A DNA stretch of 64,000 bases, taken from Hydrotalea sp. (GTDB lineage Bacteria > Bacteroidota > Bacteroidia > Chitinophagales > Chitinophagaceae). The DNA is taken from contig NZ_JBMFQT010000015.1 in assembly GCF_049968455.1 (NCBI RefSeq), positions 6,285 to 70,284 on the forward strand. The letters run 5' to 3'. The position numbers and the translations under genes were made by a program. The notes under the pieces were generated by a model. It did no database searches, was not told where the DNA came from, and worked only from the letters and a program-made list of their open reading frames with translations. Positions 56,241 to 64,000 of the stretch are shown here, in pieces; positions within the stretch are counted from its first letter, which is position 1, and every line of letters starts with the position of its first letter.

Positions 56241-57563
56241 TTATCGCCTAAACCCGGGCATTCTGCCGCCCATGGGCAATTTATTCATGGCACCCATCAT
56301 TTTTTTCATTTGCTCAAATTGCTTCATAAAGGCATTCACTTCCTGAATATCTTTTCCACTTCCTTTCGCAATTCTAACCTTTCTGTGTTGATCAATTAAG
56401 TCGGGGTTGGCTCTTTCTTCCGGTGTCATTGAGTGAATAATAGCTTCAATACCCTTAAATGCATCATCATTAATGTCTACATCTTTTATAGCTTTACCCA
56501 CCCCGGGTATCATTCCCATTAAATCTTTTAAGTTACCCATTTTTTTAATCTGTTGCAGTTGCTCCAAGAAGTCCTGAAAATCGAACTGATTTTTTCGAAT
56601 TTTCTTCTCTAATTTTTTGGCCTTTTCTTCATCAAATTGTTGTTGTGCCTTTTCAACCAATGAAGCAATATCACCCATTCCCAAAATACGCTGAGCCATT
56701 CGGTCGGGATAGAATACATCAAGTGTATCCATTTTTTCGCCGCTGCTCATAAATTTAATGGGCTTTTGCACCGTGTATTTAATAGAAAGTGCCGCACCAC
56801 CACGAGTATCACCATCTAATTTGGTTAACACAACGCCGGTAAAATCAAGTCTATCGTTAAAGGCTTTAGCTGTATTTACCGCATCCTGTCCGGTCATGGC
56901 ATCTACCACAAATAAAATTTCAGATGGGTTTACCGCTTTTTTAATATTGGCCACTTCCGTCATCATTGCCTCATCAATGGCTAAACGGCCGGCAGTATCT
57001 ATAATTACTACATTTTTATTTTGGGCTTTTGCCTCCTTAATAGCATTCCGTGCAATACTAACTGCATCTTTATTATCGCGTTCTGCATAAACAGGCACTC
57101 CAATTTGCTCGCCTAAAACGGTTAACTGATCAATAGCCGCAGGTCGGTAAATATCTGCCGCTACCACCATTGGCGATTTGCCTTTTTGCAGTTTTAAGTA
57201 ATTGGCCAACTTTCCGGTGAATGTAGTTTTACCACTACCCTGCAATCCGGCAATTAAAATAATGGCAGGGTTTCCGGTAACCGAAAAATCGGCGGCAGTT
57301 CCACCCATTAATTCAGTTAATTCATCCTGAACAATTTTTACCATTAACTGCCCGGGACTAACAGAATTAATTACTTTTTCGCCCAATGCTTTTTCTTTTA
57401 CCTTATCGGTAAATTCTTTGGCAATCTTAAAGTTTACATCGGCATCTATTAATGCCCTGCGAATATCTTTTACGGTATTGGCAATATTCAGCTCGGTAAT
57501 GCGTGCCTGGCCTTTAAGGTTCTTAAACGCTGATTCTAATTTTTCACTTAGCGAATTAAACAT
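56241..57563 (-). CDS. ffh: Signal recognition particle protein Ffh
   Basis: 'MFNSLSEKLESAFKNLKG', 'GLQGSGKTT', 'DTAGR' and 'TKLDGDTRGGAALS', plus the Met-rich M domain. The ATG at 57563 is preferred. Confidence 0.96.
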   Translation of the reverse strand: MFNSLSEKLESAFKNLKGQARITELNIANTVKDIRRALIDADVNFKIAKEFTDKVKEKALGEKVINSVSPGQLMVKIVQDELTELMGGTAADFSVTGNPAIILIAGLQGSGKTTFTGKLANYLKLQKGKSPMVVAADIYRPAAIDQLTVLGEQIGVPVYAERDNKDAVSIARNAIKEAKAQNKNVVIIDTAGRLAIDEAMMTEVANIKKAVNPSEILFVVDAMTGQDAVNTAKAFNDRLDFTGVVLTKLDGDTRGGAALSIKYTVQKPIKFMSSGEKMDTLDVFYPDRMAQRILGMGDIASLVEKAQQQFDEEKAKKLEKKIRKNQFDFQDFLEQLQQIKKMGNLKDLMGMIPGVGKAIKDVDINDDAFKGIEAIIHSMTPEERANPDLIDQHRKVRIAKGSGKDIQEVNAFMKQFEQMKKMMGAMNKLPMGGRMPGFRR

Positions 57564-57655
57564 AGTGCTTGCATTAAATAGTGAGTTCATTAAAAAAGTG
57601 AACCGGCAAGTTCACTTCTTTAATTTGCGCTGCAAATATAATGGCATCTGAATTT

Positions 57656-58528
57656 TTATCCCAGATAAACCTTTAAATGCTTACTGCGGCTGGTACTCCT
57701 TAACTTATTAATGGCTTTATCTTTTATTTGTCTTACCCGTTCGCGGGTTAAATTAAAGCGGGCACCAATATCTTCAAGGCTTAATGACTCGTGAGTACCT
57801 ATGCCAAAAAAATAACATACTACTTCTTTTTGCCTTTCTGTTAATGCTTTTAAGCTACGTTGCACTTCTGCTTTCAGCGATTCATAATGCTCAACTTGTC
57901 TATCGGTATATTCAGCGTTAGGGTTGTATAAAACATCTAACAGTGTATTATCTTCTCCATCGCCTAAAGGTGTATCTACACTAACATGGCGTGCATGTAC
58001 CTGAAGGGCAGCATTCACTTCAGAAAGGTCAGTTTCCAATAACTCTGCCAATTCCTCAACAGTAGGTTCCCTTTCATTTTCCTGTTCCAATTGTTGAATG
58101 GCGCGACCTATGCGGTTGGTAAGCCCTACTTTATTCAATGGAAGGCGAACGATACGGCTTTGTTCCGCCAAGGCTTGCAGAATACTTTGTCGAATCCACC
58201 AGACTGCGTAAGAAATAAATTTAAAACCACGTGTTTCATCAAAGCGAAGCGCCGCTTTAATAAGGCCTAAATTGCCTTCATTAATTAAATCAGGAAGGGT
58301 TAAGCCCTGATTTTGGTATTGCTTGGCTACCGATACAACAAAGCGCAAATTGGCTTTTACTAATTTTTCTAGGGCACGCTGGTCATTTTGTTTAATGCGC
58401 AATGCCAATTGTACTTCCTCTTCCGGTGTAATTAATTCCACTTTCCCAATTTCCTGTAAATACTTCTCAAGACTCTGACTTTCCCGATTGGTAATGGATT
58501 TGGCGATTTTGAGTTGACGCATACTCAT
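57656..58528 (-). CDS. rpoD: Primary-type sigma-70 factor (Bacteroidota short RpoD/SigA)
   Basis: Region 2 '[13 protein letters not shown]...[18 protein letters not shown]...[13 protein letters not shown]', region 3, and region 4 '[29 protein letters not shown]'. 290 aa. Confidence 0.9.
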   Translation of the reverse strand: MSMRQLKIAKSITNRESQSLEKYLQEIGKVELITPEEEVQLALRIKQNDQRALEKLVKANLRFVVSVAKQYQNQGLTLPDLINEGNLGLIKAALRFDETRGFKFISYAVWWIRQSILQALAEQSRIVRLPLNKVGLTNRIGRAIQQLEQENEREPTVEELAELLETDLSEVNAALQVHARHVSVDTPLGDGEDNTLLDVLYNPNAEYTDRQVEHYESLKAEVQRSLKALTERQKEVVCYFFGIGTHESLSLEDIGARFNLTRERVRQIKDKAINKLRSTSRSKHLKVYLG

Positions 58529-58784
58529 AGCAGTGGTTATTTAGTGTTGGTTTGAATAAGTTTTGATGAAAAGCAGGTATGAAAATTTCAGATAGCAATT
58601 TAAAATATTTTAAGCATATTTCCTAAAATTAAATTTCGGCTTTCGAAAACCCTTGAATGCAGCATGGAAGCCACTTTAAACAAAAAGTTATAACAAAAAA
58701 GTATAAAATGTTAAAAAAACATTTGTACGGTAAGTAGAATTTAATATTATTGCAACCCACAAAGTAGTTAGAAAACCATTTGAA

Positions 58785-59168
58785 ATGAGCAAAAAACAGT
58801 TATTTACACTTGAATTTCCAGTAAGATGCTCTCCGGGTATTTTGTATGAATTTTTAAGTACCCCAGCAGGTTTACAGGAATGGTTTGCAGATAAGGTAGA
58901 TGAATGGGACGGCGTTTATAGCTTTAGCTGGAATGGCGGCACCCCCGATAAAGCCAAAATATTAGATAAAGAAGAAGAAAAATTCATTCGCTTTCATTGG
59001 CTGCATAGCGAAAAAAACGAATATTTTGAATTTAGAATAGAAAAAACCGAAATATCGAACCAAACTATTTTGGTGATAAAAGATTTTGCCGAGAAAAATG
59101 AAATAAAAGACCAATCCCAATTATGGGAATATCAGATAAAAGAATTATTTCATCGCTTAGGTAGCTAG
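58785..59168 (+). CDS. START-like/SRPBCC (AHSA1-like) domain protein
   Basis: 'LEFPVRCSPGILYEFLSTPAGLQEWFADKV...FSWNG...IRFHW...YFEFRIE' matches the small Bacteroidota START-like family as I recall it. Confidence 0.7.
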   Translation: MSKKQLFTLEFPVRCSPGILYEFLSTPAGLQEWFADKVDEWDGVYSFSWNGGTPDKAKILDKEEEKFIRFHWLHSEKNEYFEFRIEKTEISNQTILVIKDFAEKNEIKDQSQLWEYQIKELFHRLGS

Positions 59169-59749
59169 CCAAACACCATCTTCACTAAGCTTTCGAATGA
59201 AGTGGTAAAAAATGCAGGTGCCACATCCCACTGCTGCAAGGGAAGTGTTTTAACTACTTTTATAAATGGCATTTGCAATAATTCCGCTGTTTTTATGCCT
59301 TTCAGCAGTTTACTGTTGCTGTTATTAATAGTATGTTGCCATTTATCTTCATGCGTCATTAAATGCCAGTCATGTTGAGCTTTTGCTAAGCTTTCTATAC
59401 CCGCTGCAAATCGTGAAATAAATTCACCACTTAGTAGTAAGGTAATACTAAAATAATTTCCCCACCAAAAATAACTTCTAATAGCCAGCTCATCGGTACT
59501 GGTAAAATAACGGGGATAATCGAGCATTACCCAAGGCAATCCTTCATAGTTTTCTCCCTTGTATATTTTAGGAGAAATAGACTTTACTTTATCGGGTAAA
59601 TGATATGTATTTTTTATACACCGTTGGTATTCCATAGTTATTTCCCAAAATATTTCCTGAACAGCATTGATAATGCGGTTCTTTGTTAAAATAACCGGTA
59701 TATTAGTTACCAATTCTAATTCTGCGGTTGAAAGTTTTACATTTGCCAT
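59165..59749 (-). CDS. Hypothetical protein (194 aa)
   Basis: Long ORF with normal composition. It is convergent with the START-like gene and the two stop codons overlap in CTAG. No family was recognised. Confidence 0.55.
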   Translation of the reverse strand: MANVKLSTAELELVTNIPVILTKNRIINAVQEIFWEITMEYQRCIKNTYHLPDKVKSISPKIYKGENYEGLPWVMLDYPRYFTSTDELAIRSYFWWGNYFSITLLLSGEFISRFAAGIESLAKAQHDWHLMTHEDKWQHTINNSNSKLLKGIKTAELLQMPFIKVVKTLPLQQWDVAPAFFTTSFESLVKMVFG

Positions 59750-59776
59750 TAACCAAAAATACTAAGAAAGGAATTT

Positions 59777-61219
59777 GTGATAAAAAAATTAGACATTTTA
59801 GTTGTTCGATCGTTCATTGGCCCTTTTCTGGCTACTTTTTTAATTGCATTATTTGTATTGGTAATGCAATTTTTTTGGTTATATATTGATGATCTCGTGG
59901 GTAAAGGCATTGATTTTGGCACCCTGGCCTATTTAACGGGATTAGTAGCTATTACTTGGGTTCCACTGGCCTTGCCTTTAGCGCTTTTACTTTCGTCAAT
60001 CATGACCTTTGGTAACTTGGGCGAAACCTTTGAAATTGTGGCCATAAAAGCAGCCGGCATTCCTCTTTCCCGTTTTATGCGTCCACTATTAATTGTAACC
60101 GTTCTTATTAGTGGTATTGCTTTTTTGTTTGCCAATAACATTATTCCCGTTGCACAATTAAAACTGGCTGCATTACAATACGATATTATTGTGGCAAAAC
60201 CGGCATTCGATATTAAAGAAGGAGTTTTTTACAACAAAATTGAAGGCAATATTATTAAACTGGGAAAAAAAGAAAGCGACGATAGTACTATTAAAAAAAT
60301 TGTGATTTTTAAAAAAACTTATGCCCTGCAGGATAATTTGATTACTGCGGAAAGTGGCATCATGAAAGTTACACCCGATAAAAAATTTTTAGAATTTAAA
60401 TTGAAAGATGGTAACAGTTATGAAGAAAAAGGCCCGCGCCAAACCATTCAAACCGATTTTACCCGCACCCATTTTGATACCTATACCAAACTGTTTGACT
60501 TAAGCACCTTTCAAATGAACCGAACAAAAGATAGTGCCTTTATTTATGACCCTAAAATGCTCAGTGTTCGGCAATTAAATACCACCATCGACTCGCTTGA
60601 AAACCTGGGTGCGCATTATTTAAAGCGCTCTAAGGTTGAAATCAATACTTATTTATCTTTTGCTAAATACATGGATTCAACCTGGCCTAAAACAGATACC
60701 GGATTTTTAAAATCAGTGGGTTCATTACAACAACTCATCCCCGACTCTGTAAAGCGCTATATACAGGAACGCAGTTTAAGTCAATTGGGTACCGTTACAA
60801 ATAACGTAAACTTAATTTATGATGACTATAAATCACGTCAGGACTCACTTTTAAAACATGAAATAGAATGGCATAGAAAATTTACTTTAAGTGTTGCCTG
60901 TATAGTTTTATTCTTAATTGGTGCGCCGTTAGGCTCTATTATACGGAAAGGCGGATTGGGAACGCCATTGGTATTTGCCATCATATTTTTCGTTCTATTT
61001 CACTTATTAAACACCTTTGGAGAAAAATTTGCCAAAAGCAATGTTATGAGTCCCTTGGCCGGTATGTGGCTCTCTACCATGGTTTTAATACCTATCGGCT
61101 TCTTCTTAACCTATAAAGCCATGCGCGACTCACAGCTATTTAATCAGGAATTTTATTACCGAACCTTTAAAGCCATCCGCACTTTTTTTCACAATAAAAA
61201 AAAGAACGATAACAAGTAA
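59777..61219 (+). CDS. LptF/LptG (YjgP/YjgQ) family LPS export permease
   Basis: 'LDILVVRSFIGPFLATFLIALFVL', a large periplasmic insert between TM3 and TM4, and C-terminal TM helices. The GTG/ATA-region start follows the track. Confidence 0.85.
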   Translation: MIKKLDILVVRSFIGPFLATFLIALFVLVMQFFWLYIDDLVGKGIDFGTLAYLTGLVAITWVPLALPLALLLSSIMTFGNLGETFEIVAIKAAGIPLSRFMRPLLIVTVLISGIAFLFANNIIPVAQLKLAALQYDIIVAKPAFDIKEGVFYNKIEGNIIKLGKKESDDSTIKKIVIFKKTYALQDNLITAESGIMKVTPDKKFLEFKLKDGNSYEEKGPRQTIQTDFTRTHFDTYTKLFDLSTFQMNRTKDSAFIYDPKMLSVRQLNTTIDSLENLGAHYLKRSKVEINTYLSFAKYMDSTWPKTDTGFLKSVGSLQQLIPDSVKRYIQERSLSQLGTVTNNVNLIYDDYKSRQDSLLKHEIEWHRKFTLSVACIVLFLIGAPLGSIIRKGGLGTPLVFAIIFFVLFHLLNTFGEKFAKSNVMSPLAGMWLSTMVLIPIGFFLTYKAMRDSQLFNQEFYYRTFKAIRTFFHNKKKNDNK

Positions 61220-61275
61220 TAGCCATTACATGGTTAGCCACTTACTGCTACTTTTATTATTCTAAAATCAATGAT

Positions 61276-61689
61276 ATGAAAACTACTACTAAATGGGTAT
61301 CACATTTAGCATTTAACAGCAATGATGACAATAACCACACCGTTCGATTAGATACCAGTTCCGATGATGGCAGTTTAAACAGTGGCATGAGCCCCAAAAA
61401 AATGTTATTGGGTGCATTAAATACCTGCAGTGGTATGGATGTAGTTGGCATTTTACAAAAAATGAAAGTTCCCTTTTCTCAATTTGAAATTGAAGCTGAA
61501 GCAGAACAAACTACCACCCACCCCAAAGTATTTACCGGCATCCATTTAACTTATAAAGCGAATATTCCTGCCCAAGAAGAAGATAAATTTAAAAAAGCTA
61601 TTGAGCTTTCCTTAAATACCTATTGTGGCATTGCAGCTATGTTGAAAAAACATTGCAGCATTACTTATAGCATAATTTTGCTAACTTAA
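61276..61689 (+). CDS. OsmC-family protein
   Basis: 'SPKKMLLGALNTCSGMDVVGIL' and 'NTYCGIAAML' are the two Cys motifs of OsmC-like proteins. Confidence 0.85.
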   Translation: MKTTTKWVSHLAFNSNDDNNHTVRLDTSSDDGSLNSGMSPKKMLLGALNTCSGMDVVGILQKMKVPFSQFEIEAEAEQTTTHPKVFTGIHLTYKANIPAQEEDKFKKAIELSLNTYCGIAAMLKKHCSITYSIILLT

Positions 61690-61711
61690 TCTTTGTTTTA
61701 AACGTAATACT

Positions 61712-62707
61712 TTGCAAAAAGAACAACAAAACTTTCAACTGCAACTCTTCATCACACTATTAAGTGTTGTGTTGTTTGCCGTAAAAATGATTGCATTTTA
61801 TTTAACCAATTCTATTGCCGTATTAACCGATGCATTGGAAAGTACCGTTAATATGGTGGCCGGTGGTATTGGTTTATACTCTTTATACATTGCTGCCAAA
61901 CCTAAAGACAAAGACCACCCTTATGGGCATGGCAAAGCTGAATTTATTTCAGCAGCAATTGAAGGATCATTAATTATTACTGCAGGGGTTTACATCATTT
62001 ATCAAACAGTACAAAGCTTTTTTATTCATAAAACAGTAGAGGCTTTAGATGCCGGCATGCTTTTAATTGCTTTTACTGCCTTCATTAACTTCATTGCCGG
62101 TTGGTGGTGTTTGCACATTGGCAAGCAAAACAATTCATTGGCATTAAAAGCCAGTGGCAAGCATTTACAAATAGATACCTATTCTACTTCTGTAGTTATT
62201 ATTGGTCTCTTTATTATTAAACTAACCGGTTTATATTGGATTGATAAACTCTTGGCTTTTGCTATTAGTATTGTTATCATTTACAATGGTTACAAAATAC
62301 TTCGTTCCTCATTAGCCGGCATTATGGATGAGGCCGATATGAAACTTTTAAACTTACTTATTTTTACCCTTAACCAAAACAGAAGAACTAATTGGATTGA
62401 TTTACACAATCTTCGGATTATTAAATATGGCAACACCATTCATGTAGACAGTCACTTAACATTACCCTGGTATCTTAACCTAAACGAAGCCCATCATGAA
62501 GTGGATGAACTGGAAGCATTAGTAATTAAAACTTTTGGAAAAGACATTGAATTATTCATTCTTACTGAAGGTTGCCAATCTTTTAGTTGCCCTGTTTGCA
62601 TTAAACAAGATTGCCATGTAAGACAGCAAGTATTTTCCCATCAAGTTACTTGGACGCTCGACAACATTCTTGCCAATCAAAAACACAATGCGCCAACTTC
62701 TACTTAA
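61712..62707 (+). CDS. Cation diffusion facilitator family transporter (FieF/MamB-like)
   Basis: 'LTDALESTVN', 'DHPYGHGKAEF', 6 TM helices, and a C-terminal domain with a Cys cluster 'CQSFSCPVCIKQDCH'. A TTG start is required to include TM1. Confidence 0.85.
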   Translation: MQKEQQNFQLQLFITLLSVVLFAVKMIAFYLTNSIAVLTDALESTVNMVAGGIGLYSLYIAAKPKDKDHPYGHGKAEFISAAIEGSLIITAGVYIIYQTVQSFFIHKTVEALDAGMLLIAFTAFINFIAGWWCLHIGKQNNSLALKASGKHLQIDTYSTSVVIIGLFIIKLTGLYWIDKLLAFAISIVIIYNGYKILRSSLAGIMDEADMKLLNLLIFTLNQNRRTNWIDLHNLRIIKYGNTIHVDSHLTLPWYLNLNEAHHEVDELEALVIKTFGKDIELFILTEGCQSFSCPVCIKQDCHVRQQVFSHQVTWTLDNILANQKHNAPTST

Positions 62708-62772
62708 CAAGGCTTTATCATTACAACCTTGTACCTTTACTTATTATTTAAATGTACAATAAAAATGCACAT

Positions 62773-64000
62773 ATGGAAACTTGGAAACAGTACATCGACA
62801 AACATCAACAACGTTTTTTAAATGAATTGGTTGAATTATTAAAGGTGCCGAGCATTAGCTCAAAGTCGGAAAACAAACCCGATATGCAACACTGTGCTGT
62901 ATTAATTGAAAAGGAATTTAAAGCAGCCGGTGCTGATACAGTAACCATTTATCAAACTAACGGACACCCCATTGTGTACGCTGAAAAATTAGTCGACAAA
63001 AACAAACCTACTGTTTTAGTATATGGCCACTATGATGTGCAACCCGCCGATCCGTTGAATCTTTGGGATAGCCCTCCTTTTGAACCCATAATAAAAGATG
63101 GAAAAATTTATGCCCGTGGCTCAGCCGATGATAAAGGTCAGTTTTTTATGCATATCAAAGCATTAGAAACAATGCTGCAAACCAACTCTATGCCTTGTAA
63201 TATGAAATTTATTATTGAAGGGGAAGAGGAAGTGGGAAGTCCCAACTTAGCTAGTTTTGTGGAGTCAAACAAAGAACTATTAGCCTGTGATGTTGTGCTG
63301 GTAAGTGATACGGCAATGATTTCTTTAGAAACACCTTCAATTGACGTAGGTGTTCGAGGCCTTAGTTATATTGAGGTAGAAGTAACCGGACCTAACCGCG
63401 ATTTACACAGTGGCGTATATGGAGGTGCTGTTGCTAATCCTGCAACTATACTGGCTAAACTTATTGCTGCCTGTCATGATGAAAACAACCACATTACCAT
63501 CCCCGGCTTTTATGATGATGTAGTAGAAATTAGTAAAGAAGAACGTTCAGAAATGGCCAAAGCACCTTTTGATGAAACTGCCTATAAAAAAGAACTGGGT
63601 ATTGATGCAGTATGGGGTGAAAAAGGGTATAGCACCATTGAACGAACCGGCATTCGCCCAACCTTAGAAGTGAATGGTATATGGAGTGGTTACACCGGTG
63701 AAGGTGCAAAAACAGTTTTACCTTCCAAAGCCTATGCTAAAATTTCTGCTCGCTTAGTACCCAATCAATCTCCTGAAAAAATTACCAAAGCTTTAATTCA
63801 TTATTTTGAAAATAGTGCTCCTGCCGGTGTTAAAGTAAAGGCAACAGAACACCATGGTGGCGAACCTTACTTAACACCCATCGATTCTATTGAATACCTG
63901 GCTGCCGCTAAAGCTATGCAAAGTGTTTTGGGCAAAGAACCTGTACCGGTTAGAGGTGGGGGTAGTATTCCTATTTGTGCCATTTTTGACAAAACACTAC
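62773..64000 (+). CDS. M20-family dipeptidase (ArgE/DapE/PepV-like); C-terminus beyond the window
   Basis: My own translation from ATG 62773 gives METWKQYIDKHQQRFLNELVELLKVPSISS...VLVYGHYDVQPADP...ARGSADDKGQFF...IEGEEEVGS. The frame is open to the window end. It is absent from the ORF track because there is no stop. Confidence 0.85.
   Translation, partial: METWKQYIDKHQQRFLNELVELLKVPSISSKSENKPDMQHCAVLIEKEFKAAGADTVTIYQTNGHPIVYAEKLVDKNKPTVLVYGHYDVQPADPLNLWDSPPFEPIIKDGKIYARGSADDKGQFFMHIKALETMLQTNSMPCNMKFIIEGEEEVGSPNLASFVESNKELLACDVVLVSDTAMISLETPSIDVGVRGLSYIEVEVTGPNRDLHSGVYGGAVANPATILAKLIAACHDENNHITIPGFYDDVVEISKEERSEMAKAPFDETAYKKELGIDAVWGEKGYSTIERTGIRPTLEVNGIWSGYTGEGAKTVLPSKAYAKISARLVPNQSPEKITKALIHYFENSAPAGVKVKATEHHGGEPYLTPIDSIEYLAAAKAMQSVLGKEPVPVRGGGSIPICAIFDKTL

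Noticed and set aside
59165-59168. Convergent genes whose stop codons overlap in the palindrome CTAG.
   Set aside because: Small convergent overlaps of this kind are common in compact genomes. Nothing suggests a regulatory role.
1-64000. Looked for tRNA, rRNA, tmRNA, RNase P or SRP RNA genes, CRISPR repeats, IS elements or transposases, integrases and prophage blocks.
   Set aside because: I found no T-loop-type GGTTCGAATCC-like motifs in intergenic DNA, no short regularly spaced repeats and no transposase or integrase-like ORFs. The only phage-associated gene is the isolated ORF6N gene. Absence is based on reading by eye and should be confirmed with tRNAscan-SE, Infernal and ISfinder.

Overview
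AT-rich, densely coding chromosomal segment that reads as Bacteroidota, probably Chitinophagia or Sphingobacteriia-like. Supporting signs are a short (~290 aa) primary sigma factor, RpoN, a T9SS C-terminal sorting domain and many Bacteroidota-typical DUF families. I call about 63 protein-coding genes, one of them a frameshifted pseudogene. I saw no rRNA, tRNA, CRISPR array, transposase or integrase. A housekeeping block lies at 52.6-61.2 kb: peroxiredoxin, dinB, thioesterase, rimM, rpsP, ffh, rpoD-like sigma and an LptF/G permease. rpoN is at 4.8-6.3 kb. The rest is accessory or stress-related: two CDF metal exporters, three OsmC paralogs, a B1 metallo-beta-lactamase, MFS transporters, a GH3/beta-lactamase fusion and two two-component systems. 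Three things deserve a second look. (1) A five-gene minus-strand operon (19205-25665) encodes only signal-peptide-bearing proteins and ends in an Hcp/TssD-like protein that carries a Sec signal. No other T6SS gene is in the window. A TPR histidine kinase and LuxR-type regulator pair is transcribed divergently from it. (2) A gene-poor patch (35.05-36.93 kb) contains one ORF6N/KilA-N-like gene bracketed by diverged ~180-bp direct repeats, an inverted partial copy, and a perfect 26-bp palindrome. The palindrome element recurs at 10.83 kb. (3) A DUF4836 lipoprotein, ABC ATPase, FtsX-type permease and PorZ-like T9SS protein form an apparent operon (40685-46595). All family assignments come from reading motifs by eye and from memory of family signatures. 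No database search was run, so family and DUF names are hypotheses to confirm.
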